From Armatimonadota bacterium (GTDB lineage Bacteria > Armatimonadota > HRBIN16): a stretch of DNA of 64,000 bases. Positions 48,013 through 57,375 of the stretch are shown one piece after another. Every line of letters begins with the position of its first letter. The stretch's first letter is position 1. The DNA lies in the NCBI GenBank assembly GCA_963677485.1, contig OY781964.1, forward strand, positions 2,240,001 to 2,304,000, read 5' to 3'. The position numbers and the translations under genes are program-made. The notes below the pieces were generated by a model. That model was not told where the DNA came from. It saw only the letters and a list, made by a program, of their open reading frames with translations, and did no database searches.

Positions 48013-49501
48013 GCCCGTTTCATGGTCAGGCAACTGAGTATGAAATGCCAGCCGATGTTTATGTCATGCGCCATGCTGGCACTCACCGCATAAAGGCCTC
48101 TGCGGCGTAGACTTCATCTTCTGTGGCTTTACTGCCAAACCTGACATCAGCTTCATTCATCAGCCCGCCTTTGGCTTTGAGGTAAAGGCTGCGCCAGTCT
48201 TTGGGAAGCAACTGAATCTCCTCAGCACTTCTGGGCGCCACGCCAACAAACCGGCAGTGGCCCATGGCCACGTTCCATAACCCTGGCAGAACCCTAAGAA
48301 CCAAAGCACTCCAGCCTCTGCCCGCGTGGGGATAGTTGCTTACAGGCCGATCCTGTTCTGCTAACTCTTTCGGTTTACGAATGAAGGTGAGCAGATTATA
48401 GTACTGCCATTCGAAGTCGTCATCTGTAGCGGGTAATCGCACGCACTGGAACCCCAGCAGTGGGTTATGCCCGCGCTTCAGGAATAGAATAATCCAGACC
48501 AGAACGAACACGGGGAGCGTCAGTATCCACAGCACGATGCCTATCAACTGCGAGAGCACGCGGTCTATGGTGATACCCACCGAGGCGGTATTGAGGCTTC
48601 CCAGTATGAAGTTGTCCCGCACGTTGATTGCGCCGCCATCACGGGCGTTGATCAACAGGTTTCGGTCTATCAGCGTATCCTGCAGCTCAAGACCTTCGCC
48701 CACAAAGCTGTTAGGGAATATCACGCTGTTTTTCACACTGCATTTACTGTCTAGAACACATCCGCTGCCTATCACGGCATGGGGGCCCAGGTGAACTGCG
48801 TTGCCTATACGGCTGTTCTCGCCGATATAGACGGGCGGCTCCAGCACGATGTTGGAGGGCATCACCACGTTACGGCTGATCCATATACCCGGTTCAACTT
48901 CGCGGCCAGACATCATCAGACCCAGAAACTTTTTGTCCAGAACCAATTGGTGCGAGTTCAGTACAGCATCGTATGCACGGTTACTCAGGATATAATCCGG
49001 TATGATGTAGTCTACACCATCAACCTTCTTACACATGGCTGCTGCCAGCTCACCAGGATCCATATCATCGTAGCGCGACAATAGGTTCCATGGCATCACA
49101 CACCAGCCGGTCCATTCGTGCTCAGACTTCAACACCACTGTTGGCTTGGTGAGCTCCGCCAGGTTTGGCAGCTCAGGCAGCTTATCTCCCTGACCGATCA
49201 CCACCATCATCTCTTCATCTACGTCCATCGTACGTAGATAGACGGCTGGGATTTCACCCTGCCTCAGCAGGTGATAACTGACTTGAACCCCCCACCGGGA
49301 GCCGTCACCAAACAGCTCTTCAATCTTTTCCGGCATGTCACCCAGAAGAAAATCAAATCGGCTCACACCACGGTCCGCCAGATACTCTAGAACATGCTGC
49401 ACCATAGGCCGGTCGATGATCGGCAGCATCGCCGACGGCAGCCGTTCGGTAAACGCGCTAATATTGGCAGAATCACCGGTGGTGTTGATAATGGCTCTCA
49501 T
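48009..49501 (-). CDS. Nucleotidyltransferase + left-handed beta-helix + sugar-transferase fusion; last ~28 codons out of frame (1-bp deletion near 48092)
   Basis: MLPIIDRPMVQH, FGDGSRWG, PPVYIGENSRIG hexapeptides, LPGLWNV..G...VG..PR. As sequenced it stops at 48083; restoring one base gives ..EAFYAVSASMAHDINIGW..KRA*. Confidence 0.75.
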
Positions 49502-50901
49502 ATTGCGACAGTCCTCCGTTTGATGTTCATTTTTTCGAGCATCACATGGAACAGGAACACCACGTTGCCCACGACGTAGCGCTTCCACATTCTTCCGGGC
49601 TCCATGGCTAGCCGATAAGCCCACTCAAATCCGATCTCACGTACCCATTGCGGCGCACGGGAAATACGCCCTGAATAGAAGTCAAACAAACCGCCTACAC
49701 CCATCACGACAGGCACATTAAGCTCTTTCAGGTGCTGCCTCAGCCACACATCCTGCCTTGGTACTCCGAAGGCCACCAGAAGAATACTGGCGCCTGAGTT
49801 GCGGATACCCCGGATGACGTCCGCTTCTTCTTCCGGTTTGTAATAGCCGTGATGATATCCGCTAATGAGCATATTCGGGTAGTTTTTATTCACCCAGTTC
49901 ACTACCGTTTCGGGAATACCTTCCCTGGCTCCGAGCAGGTAGATGCCCCGTCCTGTGCCCTCCATGGCTTCCATCAGGCGGGGGAAAAGGTCGGTGCCGT
50001 TCACATTTTGCTTGATGTCACGGCGCAGCAGCTTTCCGGCGAGTTTTAAGCCGATGCCATCGGCCAGACTTAAAGCCGCCTCCTGCAAGGTGCGTAAATA
50101 AGATGCATCTTTGTAGGCCACATTCGCGCAGTGAGCATTCACAAACACCACCTGCTTTGGGGTGGGGTCCTGCATCATATTGTCGAGTTGCTCCAGGGTG
50201 TCCGTCATGGTCAGGTTGTTGATAGGGATATCCAGGATGGTCAGGCTTTCTGGTGCGGTGGCTACCCCTTCGCCATACAGGATGGCCGGGATGGCCCTCA
50301 GCGCGATGCCGATGTCACCTTTCAGCGTTTGAGTCTCGTTGTATTCGAGGTCTGTTTCCATCTCGGTGCCGTAGTCGATATTGGCCCGTCGGCGTATCCA
50401 CCATGGGCCGATGATTCCTGGCCTGACGTTGAACCGGCGCCTGATCGCCCGCTCCTTCATACTGATTTCATCGGGTGCGAGCGCACGCGGACCCACGAAC
50501 GAGAGTTCACCACGCACGATGTTGAACAGAATGGGCAGTTTATTGATGCCCAATGCCTGCATCAGCTTGCTGACAGGGTTCTTTCCCGGAACGATGGTAT
50601 AGACGTTGAACAGGTCGCAGTAACGGCCGACCTTCCTGATCCGCCTGAGACCGCCGCCACCCGCACGGGCTGTGACGCCTGCGATGATCATCAGCGGCAG
50701 TAATATGATAAAGAGCGGAAGGGCGACCACAAAATCAACCAGCCGTTTGAGCTGTGAAAGAACCTGAACGAAGAACAACCAGGAGAACCCAGCCAAAAAC
50801 CGTTGAATTTTCAACCGCCACATACCGCGTGTGCTAAACCGCCGGTATAGCTCATCGCGTATCTGTTGGTCCTTATTCTGTTGCTTTGGTGGTTGTGTCA
50901 T
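49498..50901 (-). CDS. Sugar transferase (Bac_transf) fused to WecB/TagA/CpsF glycosyltransferase
   Basis: LKRLVDF...LFNIVRGELSFVGPR in the N-half; FVNAHC, ADGIG, NVNGTDL, VAFGVPRQD, GVGGLFDF, EWAYRLAMEP.RMWKRY in the C-half. Confidence 0.9.
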   Translation of the reverse strand: MTQPPKQQNKDQQIRDELYRRFSTRGMWRLKIQRFLAGFSWLFFVQVLSQLKRLVDFVVALPLFIILLPLMIIAGVTARAGGGGLRRIRKVGRYCDLFNVYTIVPGKNPVSKLMQALGINKLPILFNIVRGELSFVGPRALAPDEISMKERAIRRRFNVRPGIIGPWWIRRRANIDYGTEMETDLEYNETQTLKGDIGIALRAIPAILYGEGVATAPESLTILDIPINNLTMTDTLEQLDNMMQDPTPKQVVFVNAHCANVAYKDASYLRTLQEAALSLADGIGLKLAGKLLRRDIKQNVNGTDLFPRLMEAMEGTGRGIYLLGAREGIPETVVNWVNKNYPNMLISGYHHGYYKPEEEADVIRGIRNSGASILLVAFGVPRQDVWLRQHLKELNVPVVMGVGGLFDFYSGRISRAPQWVREIGFEWAYRLAMEPGRMWKRYVVGNVVFLFHVMLEKMNIKRRTVAI

Positions 50902-50927
50902 TCTACCCCTCGTGGTGATAGGCTGGG

Positions 50928-51674
50928 TTAATAAGCACCTTTTCCGAACAAAACGGCGGGTATAGTCTTAAAAAGCAGCACAATATCAAACCACAGGCTC
51001 TGGCTTTCGATGTACAACACATCCAGCTTTACCTGTTGATCAAACGGGATGTCGCCGCGGCCACTGACCTGCCAGATGCAAGTCAAGCCAGGCACCACCT
51101 CCAGCCGACGACGGTCTTGAAGGGTGTATAACGCGACCTCGCGGGGCAGGGCCGGCCTGGGCCCTACCAGCGACATATCACCGGTCAGCACGCACCAGAG
51201 CTGAGGTGCTTCGTCAATGCTCAGTTTACGGATGATGCGGCCGATCCAAGTGATGCGCGGATCATTCTTCATTTTGAACGTGACGCCGGTGCTGCCGTGC
51301 TGGTTGCTTTGCAGCAGTTTATCTTTGAGTGCCTCTGCGTTGGTGACCATACTGCGGAACTTGGGAAAGGGGAACTCACGGCCATACTGTCCCACGCGCG
51401 TTTGCCAAAACAGAACCGGCCCGCGGTCGGTCAGCTTAATCGCCAGGGCGACAAACAGCCATACCGGAGCGAGCAGCACTATCGCACAGAACGAGACTAC
51501 GATATCCAGCAGGCGTTTGAGAAACCTGGCTCCCACCACAAAGAATAGCCATGCGTATTTTTTTCGCAGAAAATTCCATCCTCCACGCGCATTGGTTTTA
51601 GTGCCGTATCGTCGGTACAACTCCTCAATCAACTCTTCTCGTATGGCTAAGTCGTATCCGGCCTTAAGGCTCAT
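50928..51674 (-). CDS. Polyprenyl-phosphate sugar transferase (priming glycosyltransferase)
   Basis: KRLLDI, PKFRSM, DPRITWIGRIIRKLSIDE.PQL, GDMSLVGPRP, PGLTCIWQVSGR. Confidence 0.93.
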   Translation of the reverse strand: MSLKAGYDLAIREELIEELYRRYGTKTNARGGWNFLRKKYAWLFFVVGARFLKRLLDIVVSFCAIVLLAPVWLFVALAIKLTDRGPVLFWQTRVGQYGREFPFPKFRSMVTNAEALKDKLLQSNQHGSTGVTFKMKNDPRITWIGRIIRKLSIDEAPQLWCVLTGDMSLVGPRPALPREVALYTLQDRRRLEVVPGLTCIWQVSGRGDIPFDQQVKLDVLYIESQSLWFDIVLLFKTIPAVLFGKGAY

Positions 51675-52309
51675 TGCGGCGTGGCCTCCGATTCTAGCTT
51701 GCTCAGAATCCACTCCACAGACGTCGCCACGGGTTTTGTGCCATCCAATACCACATCGGCGTAGTGCCTGGTTGGTGCGACGTACTGAATATACATGGGC
51801 TTTACAGTAGTTTCGTAGTGTTTGATTACCTCGGTACGTTCGCGCTTACGCTCTACCATATCGCGGCTGATGCGCCTGGCTAATGCCACGCCCTCTGGAG
51901 CTTGTACGTACACACCCAAGTCTAGTAAATCCCTGATATCGTGATTGTATAACGCAAAAATGCCCTCTATGATCAGCACACCACCAGGACTTAATGTGAC
52001 AGTCTCTGGCTTACGGTCATGCACTGTAAAGTCGTATATGGGTAATTCTGCGCTTTCTTGATTGTACAACTGGCGAATCACCTTGACAATGCAGGGCCAG
52101 TCGAGTGCGTCTGGGTGGTCGAAATTCACCTCAGCGCGCTGTTGAGGGCTGAGATGGGTCAGCGGATTGTAGAAGCTGTCCAGGCCCACAATGACCGGGC
52201 TGAGCGGTGCCAACAGTTTAGCCAACTGCTTGGCGATGACACTCTTCCCCGAACCCGAAGGCCCTGCTATGGCGATGGTGATAGGATGCGCGTTTGCAGT
52301 GAGGCTCAT
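51671..52309 (-). CDS. udk: Uridine kinase
   Basis: IAIAGPSGSGKS, LDSFY, NFDHPDALD, PIYDFTVH.R, IIEGIFAL, RRISRD..ER, YVAPTRHYADV. Confidence 0.9.
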   Translation of the reverse strand: MSLTANAHPITIAIAGPSGSGKSVIAKQLAKLLAPLSPVIVGLDSFYNPLTHLSPQQRAEVNFDHPDALDWPCIVKVIRQLYNQESAELPIYDFTVHDRKPETVTLSPGGVLIIEGIFALYNHDIRDLLDLGVYVQAPEGVALARRISRDMVERKRERTEVIKHYETTVKPMYIQYVAPTRHYADVVLDGTKPVATSVEWILSKLESEATPQ

Positions 52310-53448
52310 GGTCTGGCTACCTCCCTGATGGCATTGAGCGTGCGTGTTGCGGTTTCTTTCCAGGTAAACAGCTTGGCCCTCTCTAGCCCTTTGTCCACGC
52401 ACTTTTGACGCAGAGCCTGGTCAAGCAGCATCTGTGACATCACTTGGGCCATTTGCACTGGGTCTTCAGGGTCGAAAGTCAACCCGGCATCACCCAATAC
52501 TTCAGGCATAGAGGAGACGTTAGAACAGCAGACGGGGGTTCCGCAATGCATCGCTTCGGCGATGGGTATACCAAAACCTTCGTAGAGCGAAGGGAAGATG
52601 AACAGGTCGGCTGCTCCATACAACAACGGCAGGTCCTCGGTAAGGGTGAACCCCAGGAACAGGATGTCATCCTTGTATTTGCTGGCCTCTGCTGCAGCGT
52701 GAACCAGCTCGTTCTGCTCGCGGTCGCTGCCCGGCAGCACCAGCATATGTTTCACATCATGCATTTTTCGCAAACGCTCATAGGCGTGGATCAACCCGAC
52801 ATGGTTTTTGCCTGGGTGCTCCAGCCGGCTTAGATACATTATATAAGGACGGTGTATACCGTATTTTTGTGCTATTGCTTGCTGACAGACCTGCTTATCG
52901 CGCGGAAAATACAGGCTAGTGTCGGCACCGTTCCATATGACCTGTACCTTGTTGCTTGGCAGACCGGTGACGGCCATGATATCTTTTTTACTGCTTTCGC
53001 TGACCGTGATGACCTTACTCAGCTTTCTGATGAGGCTGGGCAGTATCCTGTTCAGGTAGAACAGGCGAGAGCGGTCATACTTACCAGGCACGTGAAGCCA
53101 GGACATATCGTGAACGCAGGCTACGGAGGGACAGCATAGGTTCCAAGGCAGACGACGGTTGCCGGCGGGAAAAAACATCGCATCGTATTGGCGTGATGCC
53201 GCCAACCTGGGAAGGCCCATGATGTGCCAAAAAATATCTTTGATAGGCGAACGCATGGTATCGACCACAACCAGCGGGACAGCACGGTGCGAGGGCGGCA
53301 TAAAGATCGTCTTTTCGTCTTGCGCCACCACTACCTCGAAGCTGTCGTCGGAGGCTGTTTCGCAAAATTGCTGCAACACGTTGATGGTATAGCTACTGAT
53401 GCCTGACTTACCACTATCACAACCGAATGTGGTGATTCCAACATGCAT
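52306..53448 (-). CDS. Glycosyltransferase family 4
   Basis: ITVSESSK.D, KNHVGLI.A, FIFPSLYEGFGIPIAEAMHCGTPV. Confidence 0.93.
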   Translation of the reverse strand: MHVGITTFGCDSGKSGISSYTINVLQQFCETASDDSFEVVVAQDEKTIFMPPSHRAVPLVVVDTMRSPIKDIFWHIMGLPRLAASRQYDAMFFPAGNRRLPWNLCCPSVACVHDMSWLHVPGKYDRSRLFYLNRILPSLIRKLSKVITVSESSKKDIMAVTGLPSNKVQVIWNGADTSLYFPRDKQVCQQAIAQKYGIHRPYIMYLSRLEHPGKNHVGLIHAYERLRKMHDVKHMLVLPGSDREQNELVHAAAEASKYKDDILFLGFTLTEDLPLLYGAADLFIFPSLYEGFGIPIAEAMHCGTPVCCSNVSSMPEVLGDAGLTFDPEDPVQMAQVMSQMLLDQALRQKCVDKGLERAKLFTWKETATRTLNAIREVARP

Positions 53449-53629
53449 TGTGCCGTTCTCCTGCGCGCTATTTAGTACTCCGTTCAAGCAGTTTACCCGA
53501 TATTTACCAATGAATAATAGGGCAAACCTAGTAATATTACAAGGAAGTTGGCCTAAAGAGCGAAAGATGGCAGATTGATTCTTGTGGTAATGATATTATC
53601 TGTGAGATTTCACCGGAGGACACAAAGAC

Positions 53630-53872
53630 GCAGCGGGAATGGCTCACGCGAAGACGCGAAAGGTGGGTTCATCCTCAGATGGCGCAGATGACGCCGATGA
53701 GGTATATGTCCGCCGGGTTTTCTTGTCTGAACCACGGATGACGCGGATTAATAGGATGACACGGATGGGATATAACGCAAGGACGCAAAGGGGCAGCGGG
53801 GAATGGCTCACGCGAAGACGCGAAGACGCGAAGGGTGGGTTCATCCACAGATGGCACAGATGACGCCGATGA
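53630..53872 (+). repeat. ~70-80 bp direct repeat pair built from short-period motifs
   Basis: GCAGCGGGAATGGCTCACGCGAAGACGCGAA..GTGGGTTCATCC.CAGATGGC.CAGATGACGCCGATGAG at 53630-53701 and 53793-53872. Confidence 0.7.
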
Positions 53873-53944
53873 GTTATATGGCCGCGCAGGTTTTTCGGCA
53901 CGCAGGTAACTGCTGGGCAGCTTGTTTCATGCGCGGTTCGGCTT

Positions 53945-53969
53945 GTAGGGGCGATTCGCGAATCGCCCT
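53945..53969 (+). repeat. REP-like palindrome
   Basis: GTAGGGGCGATTCGCGAATCGCCCT, same as 21164-21188. Confidence 0.7.
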
Positions 53970-54119
53970 TCCGTCGTGCCGCGGGTTTAGTCACCCCGTG
54001 AACGGGGTTCCCTCACCGCGCGGCTAATCAGCTGGTCGCCCGCAAGCGGGCTCCGGTGCCCACACGAACACTTGTTGGAGCGGGTGCTACTGACTACGGA
54101 ACCGCCCCAATTTCCATCC

Positions 54120-55736
54120 TTATTTCCCCACCATCTCGCCGATCTGGCTGGGCAGGGAGCGCGGTGCGGTGGCGCGGGCGGTGATGGTGCTGCCCTTGGG
54201 CACTGTGAACTCACCGCGGTAGCTCTGGCCCTTGGAGTCGGGGTCGCGAGTGTCCACGCTGTAACGGATGCTCGCGCCTTTCGTGGCGCAGGTGATACGC
54301 ACCCGCATGCCGTCCGCGGTCGGCGTGGTGCTGATGAGGGGGCGAATCGTTAACCCAATTGTCCTTATAGTGAGATCATCGTCCTCTGACATCATAAAAC
54401 TATCATTGAGCACAAATGATGACCAATAGTTATGGGTGGATACCTTTGTATCTTCTACTACCTTACCGTTACGGTTCACAATCATGAGGCGATGAACTCT
54501 TGAACTAACCGGCACCATGATAATGACATCAGATGATCCATACTGAATTGACCATACACCGTCTTCTTGATCGTCACGGGCCCTATATCTCAGTAATGGA
54601 GCAACTTTTATCGCCTGATCTCTACCACCACCAAGGTACATCAACTCACTAATATTGTCAGTGCGGGAAAAAGTGGTATCTGTATGGGACCATCTGACCT
54701 TGTATTTCGCCGTTAACACTGGGTAGCCCGTCATCTGCATGAAACTTATACGTTCACCGGGATATTTCGCTAGTTGAACTATGCTGCTTTGCCTCCATGG
54801 AATTTTTACAAGGCTGCCATCACGCATACAGATCAACAACACTAGCTTGCCGTTGTCGTAGCATATTTGGCTTCCGAACTGAGGGTATTTCAACTTAATA
54901 GTAATGGGGGGTAGCGGTCGACCATGTCCATCAATCTCTATCATCTCAAGCATAACAGCCTTGTTAATGGGGGTCTTTAGGTTACCGATTGGCCCACCTA
55001 ATGCCCGTTCATGAGTAAATAAAAAGGAACCGTTATACATCCCCTCGTATTTTGATCCGGGAGGAACCAGTGCAGTTTGTATTATTTTGCTTTGTTGATT
55101 TACTACAAAACACCGGTCAGATTTGGGCCAATTGTACGTAAACATGTAGCGGCCACTGTGGCCAACTGCCATGGATGGACCATCACCTGTTGAAACAGGC
55201 ACCGTCCCGATATATTTAGGAACACCTTTCGCGTCGAAAATAAACAGGTGGCTTGAGATATCGATATAGGTCTGACCGCTCCCAGCCTCTGTTTCTGTCA
55301 CAAGCACCGCCAGTTCATTTGGTGTACTATCACCGAATTTCCAGACACTGCCCAAGATCGGACGTCGCCATAACACACGATGGTGATTGTCACGTAGTTC
55401 CATCACAGAGACATTTGGTTCGCCACGCATCCCTAATGCCCGATATATGGCTAAATCAATAGTCCCTGACCAGATGGCCAGGTAATTGTTGAGACTAACC
55501 GGAAAAGTTTCGACCTTATCGCAGGTGAATCCCTTCTTGATCGATACCATACGACCATCTGGTGCCATCGCAATGAAGAACCGCAATGGTGTTGTCCCAT
55601 CTGGTTTGGTGAGAGTAAGCTTGATTTCGTTCACACGGATCTGACTGCTTGGTGTCGGCTTACAAGCACTTAACCCGGTCAGCAATATCGCAAATATAAC
55701 AAATAACAGAATGCCTCTGAGGAATATGGTCTTCAT
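54120..55736 (-). CDS. Lipoprotein: variable beta-rich N-region plus constant C-terminal Fn3-associated/CHB_HEX_C-like domain (array member 4)
   Basis: Lipobox LSAC; C-terminal PLISTTPTADGMRVRITCATKGASIRYSVDTRDP...YRGEFTVPKGSTITARA. Confidence 0.75.
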   Translation of the reverse strand: MKTIFLRGILLFVIFAILLTGLSACKPTPSSQIRVNEIKLTLTKPDGTTPLRFFIAMAPDGRMVSIKKGFTCDKVETFPVSLNNYLAIWSGTIDLAIYRALGMRGEPNVSVMELRDNHHRVLWRRPILGSVWKFGDSTPNELAVLVTETEAGSGQTYIDISSHLFIFDAKGVPKYIGTVPVSTGDGPSMAVGHSGRYMFTYNWPKSDRCFVVNQQSKIIQTALVPPGSKYEGMYNGSFLFTHERALGGPIGNLKTPINKAVMLEMIEIDGHGRPLPPITIKLKYPQFGSQICYDNGKLVLLICMRDGSLVKIPWRQSSIVQLAKYPGERISFMQMTGYPVLTAKYKVRWSHTDTTFSRTDNISELMYLGGGRDQAIKVAPLLRYRARDDQEDGVWSIQYGSSDVIIMVPVSSRVHRLMIVNRNGKVVEDTKVSTHNYWSSFVLNDSFMMSEDDDLTIRTIGLTIRPLISTTPTADGMRVRITCATKGASIRYSVDTRDPDSKGQSYRGEFTVPKGSTITARATAPRSLPSQIGEMVGK

Positions 55737-55767
55737 ATGGTTGTCCCTATTTGTTTATGTAGATTGT

Positions 55768-57345
55768 TCATTTCCCCACCACCTCCGCTATCTGGCTGGG
55801 CAGGGTGCGCGGGGCGGTGGCGCGGGCGGTGATGGTGCTGCCCTTGGGCACGGTGAACTCGCCGCGGTAGCTCTGGCCTTTGGAGTCCGGGTCGCGAGTG
55901 TCCACGCTGTAGCGGATGCTCGCACCCTTCGTGGCGCAGGTGATACGCACCTTCAGACCGTCCGCGGTCGGCGTGGTGGTGATGAGGGGTATGGCGACCA
56001 TGGGGATGGAGGACCACTGCAACGTCTCGCTCATTTGAACAAGGCAACTGCTTCTGGTGATCACAGGATATTGAATGAATCCCTTTACGCAACTACGGGC
56101 AAGCACTTTTCCATGGCGATTTGTTAGCACGATCCAGCTATCAGGCTTACCTGGGGCGATTATTAGTGCATCAGATGATCCATACAGCGATCCCGACAGA
56201 GTTCCGACATCGTAAAAACTGCGTGACACCAACGGACGCAGTTTCCAGGAATGCGGGTTTGTTTTGTCTACATATGCTGCCCACTCGGTGTAGTCATGTT
56301 CTGCTTCAGCCAGGTCACTTCGAAAAGCAATAGTCGGTGCTTCGGGATTGGTGCTATCCATAGAGATAAACCCGTAGCGTAGTGGAAGGAAGGAATGGTA
56401 TGTCTGTTTGAGGTTGTTCACCATCCATTGGGTTACGTAAGCGCGGGTTGCAGTATTAACTAAAAGTTGGTTGTTTGCGATAAGCCGGTGACCATCGGTT
56501 CCGTCTTTCACACTCAGAGCGACAGGTTTGCCAAACTGACCGAGACGATCCATCTCAAGCATCTGAACCTCGCTTAGTCGTCGAGACCAGTTCCGATCGT
56601 GTATATAGGTCTTTTTAACAAAGCAATATTTCCCGTCCTGTTTGCCTAAAAAACCATACCCGTACGGCATTCTCTCCATATGAGCAATTAATCGGCCGTC
56701 TGAGCCAACCAATACCAGATAACCAAACGGCCTGTCACTATCACCATTACCCCTTGAGAATATCAACACATCACCATCTGTGGTTTTTATGTCTGACCCG
56801 ATATAGTCGTTAACTGGCAGCCTGCTACTCCATATTGGATGACCCGTTCGGTCCAGCATCAACAGCTTATAATCGTCTTTGTTGGCGGGAATAGAAGGGT
56901 CCGGGCCTGCATTGATGATCATGGAAATCCTGCCATTGTCACGTGGACTTATGTCTACAACACTTCCGACGATGACCCGTTGCCATATTACCTTGTGGTT
57001 GTCATCTCTCATTTCCAGCAGTGATGTATGCATCGAGTCGATAATCTTGTGTTTTACGGATGCTTGCGTTTGAGATTCCGGGATTATTGACCGCATCACG
57101 AGATAGTGCTGGTCATCAATTTGCATGATTTGGTCGATCGAACCTTTGTATTTACCTCGATACGATCCTTGCAGCCGGGCATCAGCGGTGATGACTAGAG
57201 CATTTACATCGTTAAACGGTGATGTGCTAAGCATGACAGGTGTAGTAGGAATTGGAGTGTATGTGACGGTTTTGTGTGGTCTGCTCACTAAAAATGCAAC
57301 CACAACCACCACTACCGAGATCACTACGATCATACGGATACGCAT
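55768..57345 (-). CDS. Membrane-anchored protein: variable N-region plus constant Fn3-associated C-domain (array member 3)
   Basis: N-terminal TM helix; same C-terminal ~72 aa as its neighbours. Confidence 0.75.
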   Translation of the reverse strand: MRIRMIVVISVVVVVVAFLVSRPHKTVTYTPIPTTPVMLSTSPFNDVNALVITADARLQGSYRGKYKGSIDQIMQIDDQHYLVMRSIIPESQTQASVKHKIIDSMHTSLLEMRDDNHKVIWQRVIVGSVVDISPRDNGRISMIINAGPDPSIPANKDDYKLLMLDRTGHPIWSSRLPVNDYIGSDIKTTDGDVLIFSRGNGDSDRPFGYLVLVGSDGRLIAHMERMPYGYGFLGKQDGKYCFVKKTYIHDRNWSRRLSEVQMLEMDRLGQFGKPVALSVKDGTDGHRLIANNQLLVNTATRAYVTQWMVNNLKQTYHSFLPLRYGFISMDSTNPEAPTIAFRSDLAEAEHDYTEWAAYVDKTNPHSWKLRPLVSRSFYDVGTLSGSLYGSSDALIIAPGKPDSWIVLTNRHGKVLARSCVKGFIQYPVITRSSCLVQMSETLQWSSIPMVAIPLITTTPTADGLKVRITCATKGASIRYSVDTRDPDSKGQSYRGEFTVPKGSTITARATAPRTLPSQIAEVVGK

Positions 57346-57375
57346 AACTCTATACCTCTTTTGTCTTCTTTGGTC

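Noticed and set aside
53610-53880. CRISPR array in the repeat-rich gaps (also 63524-63860)
   Set aside because: Only two imperfect repeat copies per locus, irregular spacing, and no cas genes.
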